A DNA stretch of 63,903 bases, counting the filler. It is 9 parts of 9 records of this genome, joined end to end, with 100 filler letters (N's around TTAATTAATTAA, not from the genome) between each part and the next. Parts side by side here need not be neighbours in the genome. Positions count along the whole stretch, not along the records: positions 46,524 to 60,107 come from SRR20825010_1868; 8 more parts are not named here. One strand, given 5' to 3'. The stretch's first letter is position 1; the number at the start of each line of letters is the position of its first letter. The position numbers and the translations under genes are program-made. The notes below the pieces were generated by a model. The model had not been told where the DNA came from. It saw nothing but the letters and a program-made list of their open reading frames with translations, and made no database searches. Positions 50,839-60,207 of this stretch are shown here, in pieces.

Positions 50839-51945
50839 TCAGTCTTCTTCCGTCAGCAGTTCGTGCATCTGCACGCGATCTTCGAATGACTCGAAGTCTC
50901 GGACCTGCAGATTGAATTGATGCAATGCTTTCGCGGTCCATCTTGGCCACGGGGACCAATCGCTTCGTTGCGACGCCATCACGTTGGTTGGCAACCAAAG
51001 TTGTTGCACGAGCGTCGTGCAGAGCAAGATGATGCAGAGCGAAAGGACAGGCCGCCAATGAGCTTCACGCGGTTTGCTCTCCGCAAGCATCACCAGTCGT
51101 TTGCTGCGGCGAATCAAAGTGCTGTCATTGTTTCCAAAGGCGAGTGTTCCCTTTGGAGCACCATCGCAGGAGACTCGGCGGCATTGTTCGGCGACTTTGG
51201 CCAAGGTTCTTAGATAGACGCTGAACTTTCCGATCGTGGTGGCAGCAGCTTCGTCGCACAGAAATTCGCGTGTCAATTCAGCACGGTATGCCGCGGCCCG
51301 AACCATTGGATGAAACCAAAACATCGTCGAGCAAATGCCTTGCAGGAAATGCTGCATCGGGTGCTGAGTACGGAGGTGTTCGAGTTCGTGAAGCAGAACG
51401 TGGCGAAGGGTTGCGTCTCCCGTTTGATGTTCGCTGACCATGAACGATGGCAGCACAACGACGGGGCGGTGCAATTGCCAGCAGAATGGTCCTTGGATCT
51501 TGTCAGAGACAAAAATGGACAGTTCGCGATCCTCGTCTGATGAGATCTCAGTTGCTTTGAGTAGTTCCGCTGCATCGATCCGATCGCATTCGAAATTCAG
51601 AAAATGCAGCAAGCGGACGCATAGCCAGCACCGCTGCGCGAGGGACCAGGCGACGCCCGCCGTCCACACCAACAACAACCCCATCGCGATTCGGGTTTGC
51701 CAAACCACGATTTCAAGCATCGCTTCACGCGAGGGTGTGAAGGGGAAGTGAAACAATCGGCGATGGGGAAGCATCAGTGCTGCGGCGACCAATCCGATGA
51801 TGCAAAGGAAGCAAGTTGTCCAGAGTCGGCATCCCCAGCGTGCGTCCACGACCCAGCGTTGCAATGCGGCAGTCAACGCAATGACAATCGTGATTTGGAC
51901 GCACAACGTGCTTCCGACTTCAAATGCAAATCGAAGATCCATCAC
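50839..51945 (-). CDS. BlaR1/MecR1-like M56 metallopeptidase without penicillin-binding domain
   Basis: N-terminal transmembrane helices, GPF, HELEH, FWFHP, REFLCD; overlaps the blaI stop. Confidence 0.88.
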   Translation of the reverse strand: MMDLRFAFEVGSTLCVQITIVIALTAALQRWVVDARWGCRLWTTCFLCIIGLVAAALMLPHRRLFHFPFTPSREAMLEIVVWQTRIAMGLLLVWTAGVAWSLAQRCWLCVRLLHFLNFECDRIDAAELLKATEISSDEDRELSIFVSDKIQGPFCWQLHRPVVVLPSFMVSEHQTGDATLRHVLLHELEHLRTQHPMQHFLQGICSTMFWFHPMVRAAAYRAELTREFLCDEAAATTIGKFSVYLRTLAKVAEQCRRVSCDGAPKGTLAFGNNDSTLIRRSKRLVMLAESKPREAHWRPVLSLCIILLCTTLVQQLWLPTNVMASQRSDWSPWPRWTAKALHQFNLQVRDFESFEDRVQMHELLTEED

Positions 51946-52325
51946 GAATCCCCGAGTTTCGCGGCGGCTTTTTTGACCGCTTCGATGTCATCCGGCGAGA
52001 CGGCATCGGATTCAAGTAGATTCAAGACAAGCGAACGAATGGAACCACCAAACAACTGGTCGGCGAGCGATTTCACCATGCCTTCCTGGACTTGCTCTCG
52101 CGAGACTTTTGGGGTGTAGGTGAACGCGCGGCCGATTTTCTTTCCTCGGCGGACGATTTTTTTGTCTTCCAAGATCTTCATCGTCGTCAGCACTGTTGTG
52201 TAGGCGAGTTCGCGATCGATGGTGTCAACGACATCGTTGACGGTAACGCTGCCCTTGTCCCAGACAACGTCCATCACTTCAGCTTCACACTTGGTCAGCT
52301 CAACTCGCTTTTTCGATCGTGGCAT
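51942..52325 (-). CDS. BlaI/MecI/CopY family repressor
   Basis: LTKCEAEVMDVVW, LAYTTVLT, GRAFTY, LFGGS. Confidence 0.92.
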   Translation of the reverse strand: MPRSKKRVELTKCEAEVMDVVWDKGSVTVNDVVDTIDRELAYTTVLTTMKILEDKKIVRRGKKIGRAFTYTPKVSREQVQEGMVKSLADQLFGGSIRSLVLNLLESDAVSPDDIEAVKKAAAKLGDS

Positions 52326-52416
52326 CAGTTGGTATTTCAGTGAGGAACGTGGATTGGAGACTTTGTTTTTTCAGCTTGTGGTGGCAAAACATTCGGTCGC
52401 AAAGCGAAATGAATGG

Positions 52417-53313
52417 CTACTCTCGAAGTTTGGCCCAGCGGTGATACTCGTGTAGGTCAACGTTTTCGGTGACGAAGGTTACATGACCATCACCCCACAA
52501 GAAGTTCGCTCCGCCCGGATGGCGGCTGGAGTGATCACACTCGTCGGCCAAGGGATTGTTGATGCCTTCCAGTGCAGAGCCGACCAAACGGGCCGCTGCG
52601 TCCTCGCCCGCCAAGTTGACGCCGATCCATGTGGATGGAACCTGGGCCATCGTTCGCTCACCAACGATGATTGTGTGAGAGGTTCCACGCTGGAAATCGC
52701 GGAAACGCGTCGCGTGATTTTCCAGGAAGGCTCCGTCGCCCACAGGTGCGGGGGTGCAATCGTCCGCTTCGATGGTCCCAAAGATTCCGACGTAGTTGGC
52801 GGTTGGCAATTGCATCAACGCAACCGATCTTTCGACGGGGCTGAATGATTCCCCTTCGTCGTGCTCTTCGTCGTCTTGGTAGAGCGTGAAGAACGGTTCG
52901 GTGATATCGGACGGACAGAGCATCCAGTCCAACGATGTCGATCGGGCGAATTGATGTCGCGGATCGTTCAGCGGTCGCTTTCTGTCGATCTGTTCCGCCA
53001 ATGCACCTTGTTCGATATACGGCAACAGTGGCACGACCCAACCGTAAGCAGATGTGCTGCCGGGCGAAAAACTCCAACCAACAGGCAGCTTGTTCTCGGT
53101 GGAATGATGGTTCTGCATCGCCAGCCCGATCTCACGCAGATGATTGGTGCATTGCAATCGTCGAGCCGCCTCTCGAGCGGAGCCGATGGCGGGCATTAGT
53201 AAAGCGATCAAGACACCAATGATCGCCACGACGACAAGTAACTCGAGGACCGTGAAGCCAACTCGAGAGTCAGTCGAGGATCGTTTGTAGTGGTGTGAGG
53301 TCGTTTGATTCAT
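52417..53313 (-). CDS. DUF1559 planctomycete prepilin-like protein
   Basis: G|FTVLELLVVVAIIGVLIALLMPA...AREAARRLQC, HPGGANFLWGDG (H-X9-DG); start uncertain. Confidence 0.9.
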   Translation of the reverse strand: MNQTTSHHYKRSSTDSRVGFTVLELLVVVAIIGVLIALLMPAIGSAREAARRLQCTNHLREIGLAMQNHHSTENKLPVGWSFSPGSTSAYGWVVPLLPYIEQGALAEQIDRKRPLNDPRHQFARSTSLDWMLCPSDITEPFFTLYQDDEEHDEGESFSPVERSVALMQLPTANYVGIFGTIEADDCTPAPVGDGAFLENHATRFRDFQRGTSHTIIVGERTMAQVPSTWIGVNLAGEDAAARLVGSALEGINNPLADECDHSSRHPGGANFLWGDGHVTFVTENVDLHEYHRWAKLRE

Positions 53314-53461
53314 GTTGGTTGGCCACATCCGTGTGGGGGCGATCCGAAACAAGATACGAATGAATTAGTTTTTTGGCAATCCCGTTTCGCATTGGGATTC
53401 GGCTTGTTTTGAAAACTATAGGATTCGTAAATGGAGGCGTTGTGATACGCTTCCCTTCAAG

Positions 53462-54430
53462 GTGCTTCAGGTGATTTGTTCCATTTTCGACCTTCTGAAA
53501 CCAAAGTGTTTTGCGGCGAGCATCAGCTTGCTGGTCGCCGCCCTCGGATCGCTTTCGGTTCAAGCGGACGAGCCGTTTTTTATCGGGCAATCTCCGCCAA
53601 CACGATTGGTTTCGCACGCGGCGATCTGGGACGATTCCCTGTTGTTGGATGATCCGGCGTTCGGGGCCACCGAAGATTGGGCGGGACACCTCGAAGCAGA
53701 CGAGTTCCAACGCGAGTCGTTGTGGCAGAGAATCCAAATGGATCACCTGCATTTTTATGATCTGGAATCGTTTGGATTGCTGACTGGCGGCTTCCTGCTG
53801 GGGGCTGCCGTTGCCAACACGCAACTCGATGACGAATTGCATCGACACTTTCAAGGCAGCGTTCGCGGAGCGACCAGCGATGACTGGTCAGAGTTTCTGC
53901 ACGCGGACAAAGAGCTCGGCAACGGTGTTTATTCGTTGCCGATCTTCGCCAGTGTTTGGGCAGCGGGCGAATTCTTTGATGAGTCGTCCTTGCTGGTTAC
54001 GACTGGTCGTTGGGGAGAACGATCGATGCGTTCGTTTCTGGTTGGTGCTCCACCGTTGATGGTTGCTCAGCGACTGACCGGTGGTTCTCGACCTGGAGAG
54101 CTGGACCGTGGTTCTCGCTGGCTGCCATTCCAAGACAACAACGGTGTGAGCGGCCATGCATTCATGTCAGCACTTCCGTTCATCAACGCAGCAAAGATGA
54201 CAGACCGTCCTGTGCTGAAGGCAAGCTTCTATGCGGGATCGCTGCTTGGTCCTCTTTCGCGAGTCAACGACGAGGCACACTATCCATCGCAGGTTGCTCT
54301 TGGATGGTGGTTGGCATACGTGGCTGCATCGGCGATCGATCGAACTGAAACGTCCGATCACAACGTTCGATTCTTTCCGGTCATGGATTCGAACGGAGGC
54401 ATCGGCGGAATGCTTGAGATTCGGCTGTAG
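53462..54430 (+). CDS. PAP2-family phosphatase
   Basis: GGSRP, SGH, SRVNDEAHYPSQV (PAP2 motifs C1-C3); signal-like N-terminus. Confidence 0.8.
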   Translation: MLQVICSIFDLLKPKCFAASISLLVAALGSLSVQADEPFFIGQSPPTRLVSHAAIWDDSLLLDDPAFGATEDWAGHLEADEFQRESLWQRIQMDHLHFYDLESFGLLTGGFLLGAAVANTQLDDELHRHFQGSVRGATSDDWSEFLHADKELGNGVYSLPIFASVWAAGEFFDESSLLVTTGRWGERSMRSFLVGAPPLMVAQRLTGGSRPGELDRGSRWLPFQDNNGVSGHAFMSALPFINAAKMTDRPVLKASFYAGSLLGPLSRVNDEAHYPSQVALGWWLAYVAASAIDRTETSDHNVRFFPVMDSNGGIGGMLEIRL

Positions 54431-54531
54431 CCGCTTGGATTGATTAAGGCGTTGGAACGATCCGATTGCTGCGTCGAGGTTCGCTTGCACGGATGTTCAA
54501 TCGAATCGAGACGCGGTCAGACAAGCGAGGT

Positions 54532-55158
54532 TCACTTCAACCGAATCAGAACTTCGTTGCGACGCAGGGGGGCGGGGGTGAAGGGGGGATCGTAGGATGC
54601 TGCTTCGACTCCGCTGGTTTGGATTGACTCGGTGTCTTCGCTGACTGCGGCGGTCAGGCCTTTGGTTTCCATCCAGGCTCGTAGTTTGGCTTCGGATTCC
54701 TTCGCGAGCTTTTTGTCCAACTTGCCAGGGAACCGGATCACGGCAAAACGCCCACCGGCTCGTTTGCGGACATCGACATCGGGGCCGGTCGGCGAGGGAA
54801 CGCCTTCCACCGCGACTTCTTTGGGCATCACAAACCCCATCTGGACTTCCGAATCAGCCTTGTCGTTTTCCATGAAGACGGGAGTCGTCATCGAGATCTT
54901 TTGTTCAGCTTCGTTGGCTCCTGAGATGTAACGAAACAGTTTCATGAAGCTGCCGTCGCGGCCCTGAGCATCGATTTTGGTCTTCGTGGCGACCAGCATC
55001 AGGTCGGGGTATTCGCGGATTTCGAAATCACCGTCGGATTCGACCACTTTGTATTCCGCGGATTCGTAACCCGCTCGTGTGGTTCGGCTCAGCAAGAAGA
55101 CTCCGCCGGTGACCAAAGCGGCAATGGTCGCGACAGTCATGATTTTTCGACGGGACAT
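54532..55158 (-). CDS. SOUL heme-binding protein
   Basis: FEIREY, FMKLFRYISGAN, ISMTTPV, YDPPFTP..LRRNEV. Confidence 0.9.
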   Translation of the reverse strand: MSRRKIMTVATIAALVTGGVFLLSRTTRAGYESAEYKVVESDGDFEIREYPDLMLVATKTKIDAQGRDGSFMKLFRYISGANEAEQKISMTTPVFMENDKADSEVQMGFVMPKEVAVEGVPSPTGPDVDVRKRAGGRFAVIRFPGKLDKKLAKESEAKLRAWMETKGLTAAVSEDTESIQTSGVEAASYDPPFTPAPLRRNEVLIRLK

Positions 55159-55256
55159 CAGGTAGCCTTTACTCTGCGATTGATCGATGGCAACAAATCG
55201 GAAAGTGATTTGTCTGCCAAAGAACCATAGATGGCCGGCTAGGTGGAGCGTGGACT

Positions 55257-56714
55257 CTATCGCTGAACGTTCTTCGCGATTCCGCGAAGCATGACGGGAA
55301 AGACCAAACCGTGCAGCGGCAACACCGCGTACCAGTACGCCAGTCCCAGCAAACCTTTGGGGCGGAATCTGGCTGTCATGACGACTTGCGTTGTTTCGGC
55401 AGAAGACGGTTCCACTTGGAAGTCGAGTTCCGCTTCGCCGGGCAGCTTCATTTCGGCTCGCAATGTCAGACGTTCGTTGGGAACCAGTTTGGTGACACGC
55501 CAAAAGTCGACCGCTTCGCCGTAGTGCAAATCACGCGGATGCCGGCGGCCACGTCGCAGACCGGGCCCGCCGATCGCTTGATCCATCCAACCGCGAACTT
55601 GCCAGAGGAACCCGGCGCCCCAATAGCCATTGGCTCCGCCGACCGATCGAATTTCCGCAAAGGTTTGCTCGACCGATCCTTGGACCGTGATCTCGCGGCG
55701 GTCGGTCAGCGTCGTTCCCCCGGACCAATCTGGATCGCCCGGGATTTTGCCCGCCGTTGACCAGCGTGTTTCGATATCGCCTTGCTGTGTTTTACCCAAC
55801 GCTGCTTCGATGGCGGCTTCAATCCCGAGGCAGTCACCAGGCATCAATCGCACGGCGTCGTCATTCCGGCAAACGGTGCGGTTTTTCAATCCTTCTGAGA
55901 GCGGTCGGGCGATGCTGCTGCTGACCGGCGTCACCAAACCAATCCACAGACTGCTGAGGTAAGGAGTCAGAACGGGGACCGGCAAAATGATTCTTCGACG
56001 GAGTTTCAGTTTTTCTGCCATCACCTGCATCACATCGCGATACGACATGACGTCGGGGCCACCAATGTCCAACGTGCGGCCGGCGGTCTCTTCCACGCCT
56101 AAGCAAGCGACGAGGTAACGCAAGACATCTCGAATCGCGACGGGCTGGGTTTCTGTTTTGACCCATTTGGGAGTGACCATGATCGGCAAACGTTCGACGA
56201 GGTAACGCAGCGTTTCAAAGGACGCGGATCCGGAACCGATGATCATCGCGGCTCGGAACACCGTGGTGGGGACGCGGCCGGATTGCAGGATTTCGCCGAC
56301 TTCGTGTCGACTGTCGAGGTGTTCGGAAAGGTCCGCACCCAACTCGCCCAGACCACCAAGATAGATGATTCGACGACACGAAGAAGTTTGGGCGGTGTCG
56401 CGGAACCCGGTCGCCAGTTCACGGTCTCGCTGAGCGTATTCGCCTTTGGCGGACTGCATCGAATGCACGAGGTAGTACGCGAAGTCGATGTTTTCGAGAG
56501 CACGCCGGGTGGCTTCGGTGTCTTCCAGTTCGCCTTTTACAACCGTGAGACGCTCGTGTTGCCCCCACGAAAACTTGGTCAGCTTTTCGGGACTTCGAAC
56601 CAGGCAAGTCACCCGGTAGCCCTCTTCCAGCAACCGTCTGGCCAGCCGTCCGCCGACATAGCCGGTGGCACCGCAAACCAAGATGCGTTCGCTGCGAGGA
56701 GAAGATTCGGTCAT
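55257..56714 (-). CDS. NAD(P)-binding SDR-like protein with DUF2867 (YbjT-like)
   Basis: GATGYVG, YYLVHSM, IIGSGSASFE, DFWRV, AEMKLPG, GLAYWY. Confidence 0.9.
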   Translation of the reverse strand: MTESSPRSERILVCGATGYVGGRLARRLLEEGYRVTCLVRSPEKLTKFSWGQHERLTVVKGELEDTEATRRALENIDFAYYLVHSMQSAKGEYAQRDRELATGFRDTAQTSSCRRIIYLGGLGELGADLSEHLDSRHEVGEILQSGRVPTTVFRAAMIIGSGSASFETLRYLVERLPIMVTPKWVKTETQPVAIRDVLRYLVACLGVEETAGRTLDIGGPDVMSYRDVMQVMAEKLKLRRRIILPVPVLTPYLSSLWIGLVTPVSSSIARPLSEGLKNRTVCRNDDAVRLMPGDCLGIEAAIEAALGKTQQGDIETRWSTAGKIPGDPDWSGGTTLTDRREITVQGSVEQTFAEIRSVGGANGYWGAGFLWQVRGWMDQAIGGPGLRRGRRHPRDLHYGEAVDFWRVTKLVPNERLTLRAEMKLPGEAELDFQVEPSSAETTQVVMTARFRPKGLLGLAYWYAVLPLHGLVFPVMLRGIAKNVQR

Positions 56715-56971
56715 GAAGTGAGCCGGGTTGGGGAGACTGTCGTTTGTGCGTTGTGGTTTTGTGCGGTTGCCGTGCGATCCTTCTCGTCGCAGTTCTACCG
56801 CTGCCGTCAACGCTCTGCAGAAAGGTTAGCGGGAGGAACAGGCGGCGGTGCGGTTCAGCCAAAGAAAAGCACCGCGGGCTGCCGCTGGGTTGGCACGAGC
56901 TTTGCGATGCTGGCCCATCACGTGCCGCTCGTCGGCGTTCAAATCGCCGCCAGCCGCATGACTGTTCTACG

Positions 56972-58426
56972 ATGGATCTACTCGCTCACCTGGACCGTTG
57001 CTTCGGGTTCCAATCCTTTCGTCACGGTCAACGCGAGGCATGCGAGTCGATCGTGGCTGGCAAAGACACGATCGTGTTGATGCCAACCGGGGCCGGTAAG
57101 AGCCTGTGCTATCAACTGCCCGGCATCCTCCGTGACGGAGTGACGTTGGTCGTCAGCCCGTTGATCTCGCTTGCCAAAGATCAAGCGGAACATCTGAAGA
57201 AGGCTGGTCAGCCAACCGTGGTGCTCAACAGCACGCGTACAAAGAAGCAAATTGAGTCCGCACGGTCGAAGATTGCCGCGGGAAAGGTCAAGTTCGTTCT
57301 CACGACACCGGAACGATTGCAGAAAACCGACATCTGCGAATTGCTGGCCGGTGTGGGAGTCGGGTTGATGGTCGTCGATGAGGCTCACTGCGTTAGCCAA
57401 TGGGGGCACGATTTTCGCCCGGATTATTTGTGCCTGCCATCCATTCGCGAACGTTTGGGGAATCCGCCGCTGGCTGCTCTCACCGCAACCGCATCGGAAC
57501 GAACCTTGGATGAAGTCCGATGCTCGCTGCGTTTGAATGATCCAACCATTGTGCGAACTGGAATCGACCGACCCAATCTCCGGATCGAAGTTGTTCGTTG
57601 CTATTCGGCGGAAGACAAACTGAAACAGTTGCACCGGGCTCTCGAGATCGAAGGCATGCTGGAACGCACCGAGCCGGCGATTGTCTATTGCGGGACGACC
57701 AAGACGGCTGACCAGTTGGCGAAGTCCTTCGGTGGTTTGTGCTACCACGGCAAAATGCGAAAGGCCGATCGAGCGGCCGCTCAAGAGGAGTTCATGAACG
57801 GCCGTCCGAGCGTGATGTTCGCGACCAATGCGTTTGGGTTAGGCATCGACAAACATGACCTCCGACAAGTCATCCATGTTGAGTTGCCTGGATCGTTGGA
57901 GTCGTACTACCAAGAGATGGGACGAGCTGGGCGAGACGGCAAGCGATCGCGTTGCACACTGCTGTACGATCCGTCCGATGTGGACCTGCGAAAGATGTTT
58001 GCGGGCGGGATGATGGCGGCGAGCAAGATCATGACGGCGCATCACACGTTGGTTCGCGGGGTTCACGAGTTGGGCGAAGATGGCGAGGTGGCTTTGTCGA
58101 AGCTGGCACCGATCAGTCCGCTCGGCCGGGTCACGTTGAAGAACTGTTTTCAGTTGTTGTCGTCTCGCGGCATCGTTGCACCAGCCGGACGCGGGCGATG
58201 GCGTTTGATTGTGGACGAGCTCGAGCATCGTGTCGCGGATCGGTTGGAGGAAGCGACTCGAGTGAGATCCGAGGATCGTCAGGTTGCGTTGCGCGAGATG
58301 GTGGAGTTTGCCGAGTCATCGAAGTGTCGTTGGGAATTGCTCCGTGAGCATTTTGGCGTCAGCGAAACGACGAGCTCGGATTGTCTGTGTGACCAGTGTG
58401 GAGCCGCCGTGGTCGCGAGTGCGTGA
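56972..58426 (+). CDS. RecQ-family ATP-dependent DNA helicase
   Basis: MPTGAGKSLCYQ, DEAHCVSQWGHDFRPDY, TATA, YYQEMGRAGRDG, Zn site CR...CLCDQC. Confidence 0.92.
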   Translation: MDLLAHLDRCFGFQSFRHGQREACESIVAGKDTIVLMPTGAGKSLCYQLPGILRDGVTLVVSPLISLAKDQAEHLKKAGQPTVVLNSTRTKKQIESARSKIAAGKVKFVLTTPERLQKTDICELLAGVGVGLMVVDEAHCVSQWGHDFRPDYLCLPSIRERLGNPPLAALTATASERTLDEVRCSLRLNDPTIVRTGIDRPNLRIEVVRCYSAEDKLKQLHRALEIEGMLERTEPAIVYCGTTKTADQLAKSFGGLCYHGKMRKADRAAAQEEFMNGRPSVMFATNAFGLGIDKHDLRQVIHVELPGSLESYYQEMGRAGRDGKRSRCTLLYDPSDVDLRKMFAGGMMAASKIMTAHHTLVRGVHELGEDGEVALSKLAPISPLGRVTLKNCFQLLSSRGIVAPAGRGRWRLIVDELEHRVADRLEEATRVRSEDRQVALREMVEFAESSKCRWELLREHFGVSETTSSDCLCDQCGAAVVASA

Positions 58427-58437
58427 GTGGTGTCGCA

Positions 58438-58746
58438 GTGAAGTATCCAGTAACACCCGACGGTCGATACTTTGTTCACCAGCAACGATTGTGGCGATGT
58501 ACCAACCCGAATTTGAGTGAGCCGGAACGCCAACGCCACGTTCGCGAGCTGATGAAAGCTCGGCGAGACGTGAAGGCGGCCAAGGCATCCGGCGATGACG
58601 ACGCGCTGCGAATGGCTCGCGACGCCGTGAACAAGGCGAAGATCAAGCTGGGTGAGCGAGGACCGACGTGGTGGGACGATGACACCGATCACAACCGAAA
58701 ATTGGTGCAAAACAGCCCTTATGCGGATTGGTGGGCGGCACGTTGA
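58438..58746 (+). CDS. Small hypothetical protein
   Basis: YPVTPDGRYFV...LWRCTNP...LGERGPTWW...SPYADW; protein-like composition; GTG start inferred. Confidence 0.7.
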   Translation: MKYPVTPDGRYFVHQQRLWRCTNPNLSEPERQRHVRELMKARRDVKAAKASGDDDALRMARDAVNKAKIKLGERGPTWWDDDTDHNRKLVQNSPYADWWAAR

Positions 58747-58915
58747 AATTGGTTTGCGGAGTCGGTACGAAACGGATGCGGTGGGGCGGTTTCTCTTTTT
58801 TGAAAGGTGCCATTGTGCGGTAGGCTGGATCGGCTTATAGCCTGCTCCAATCGTCTCACATCTCGTTCTCGCAGGCTTTCAATCCGGGCCTGCATCCGCC
58901 CAACCAGCTCGCCTC

Positions 58916-59974
58916 ATGAAACGCTCCAACGACTCGCTTCAAGGTTTCTTGCATCTGCTACGGGCCCTCATTCGTGAACCGTCTGTTGTCGGAGTGGAAG
59001 ATGCTTTTTTTCGTGTCTTGCGGCGTGAGTTGGAAGAATTCCCGGTCACGATCACGCGTTATCACGGGTTGCTGGTCGCTCAAGGCAGCGAACCAGAAAG
59101 CAATTACCTGTCCGCTCACGTCGATCGTCACGGGTTGCTGTGCACGGGGCCACGGGAGTTTCAGTACGCGGCATTCATTGCTGGGAACCGTGGGGAGCTG
59201 AACGGGGATTCGATCTCGGAACAGTTCATGGAGTTGATTGCTGGTCGTTTTCGTGGACAGCGCGTGCAAGCGCACACGCCGTACGCGGGATCCTATTTGG
59301 GACAGGGGACGATCACGGAATCGTTCATCTGTCCGCGTCGCAAGAACTTGATCTTCGACATCGACGGGCTCGACTTCTTGCAACCGGGAACACCGATTTC
59401 GTTTGTCGATCGACTGAGGGAAGAAGACGGGCAGATTTCCGCTCAGCTCGACAACGTCGTGTCAGTCGCCATCTTGATCGAAATGATTCGTCGAGGTTTT
59501 CGCGGAACGGCATTCTTCACCGCGGGCGAAGAGTGCGGCCGCAGCTATCGATACGTCGCGGAGTGGTTCCAGCGTTTTGATTTGAAGACACAGCGATTGA
59601 TCGTGTTGGACACCAGTCCGTTCCCGACGCAGGAGGATTTGAACGCTCAAGAAGTGGTGCTTCGCAATCGCGATTCGGTCGCCGAGTTTGAACCCACCGT
59701 CACGGACGAACTCAGAGAGGTCTGCGATCAATTGAAGGTGACGCATCGATTCAAAGACGAGTACGTGATCGAGCTGAACAAGACACGTGAGAAGCAAAGT
59801 TCCATCGGCCGAACAGAACTCGGACGATTGATTGACGCAACCAGCGGTGACGTGACCGGAACAACGCTGCAGTTGCCGACGTCGTCCTATCACACCCAAA
59901 CTGAAACGGCCAATTTGTCGAGCGTCGAAGCGGTACTCAAAGTCTTGACGCGACTGACCGGTGCGAGTGTTTGA
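58916..59974 (+). CDS. M42/M20-like metallopeptidase
   Basis: PSVVG(V)E, SAHVD, AQLDN, GEE, YHT. Confidence 0.78.
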   Translation: MKRSNDSLQGFLHLLRALIREPSVVGVEDAFFRVLRRELEEFPVTITRYHGLLVAQGSEPESNYLSAHVDRHGLLCTGPREFQYAAFIAGNRGELNGDSISEQFMELIAGRFRGQRVQAHTPYAGSYLGQGTITESFICPRRKNLIFDIDGLDFLQPGTPISFVDRLREEDGQISAQLDNVVSVAILIEMIRRGFRGTAFFTAGEECGRSYRYVAEWFQRFDLKTQRLIVLDTSPFPTQEDLNAQEVVLRNRDSVAEFEPTVTDELREVCDQLKVTHRFKDEYVIELNKTREKQSSIGRTELGRLIDATSGDVTGTTLQLPTSSYHTQTETANLSSVEAVLKVLTRLTGASV

Positions 59975-60061
59975 ACAACCAAGGGAATCGAAGTTCAGAT
60001 TCTTTCCGAAAGGATGGTTGGAGACTTTGATTGTCCATCAATTGCATGGTGTCGTTGTTCG

Positions 60062-60094
60062 ACGCGAAGATTGAAACGCGAAGATTGAAACGCG
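60062..60094. repeat. Short tandem repeat, 14-bp unit, about 2.4 copies
   Basis: ACGCGAAGATTGAA ACGCGAAGATTGAA ACGCG. Confidence 0.8.
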
Positions 60095-60107
60095 GAGTGG
60101 CGGAGGA

Positions 60108-60207
60108 NNNNNNNNNNNNNNNNNNNNNNNNNNNNNNNNNNNNNNNNNNNNTTAATTAATTAANNNNNNNNNNNNNNNNNNNNNNNNNNNNNNNNNNNNN
60201 NNNNNNN
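60108..60207. other. Artificial contig spacer
   Basis: N-run + TTAATTAATTAA + N-run. Confidence 0.99.

Noticed and set aside
53412-53432. AAACTATAGGATTCGTAAAT, and TACT-N8-AGTA near 50658-50673, as BlaI operators
   Set aside because: Weak dyad symmetry and the two sites do not match each other convincingly.
60062-60094. 14-bp direct repeat as CRISPR or att site
   Set aside because: Contiguous tandem copies without a spacer, too short, at a contig end.
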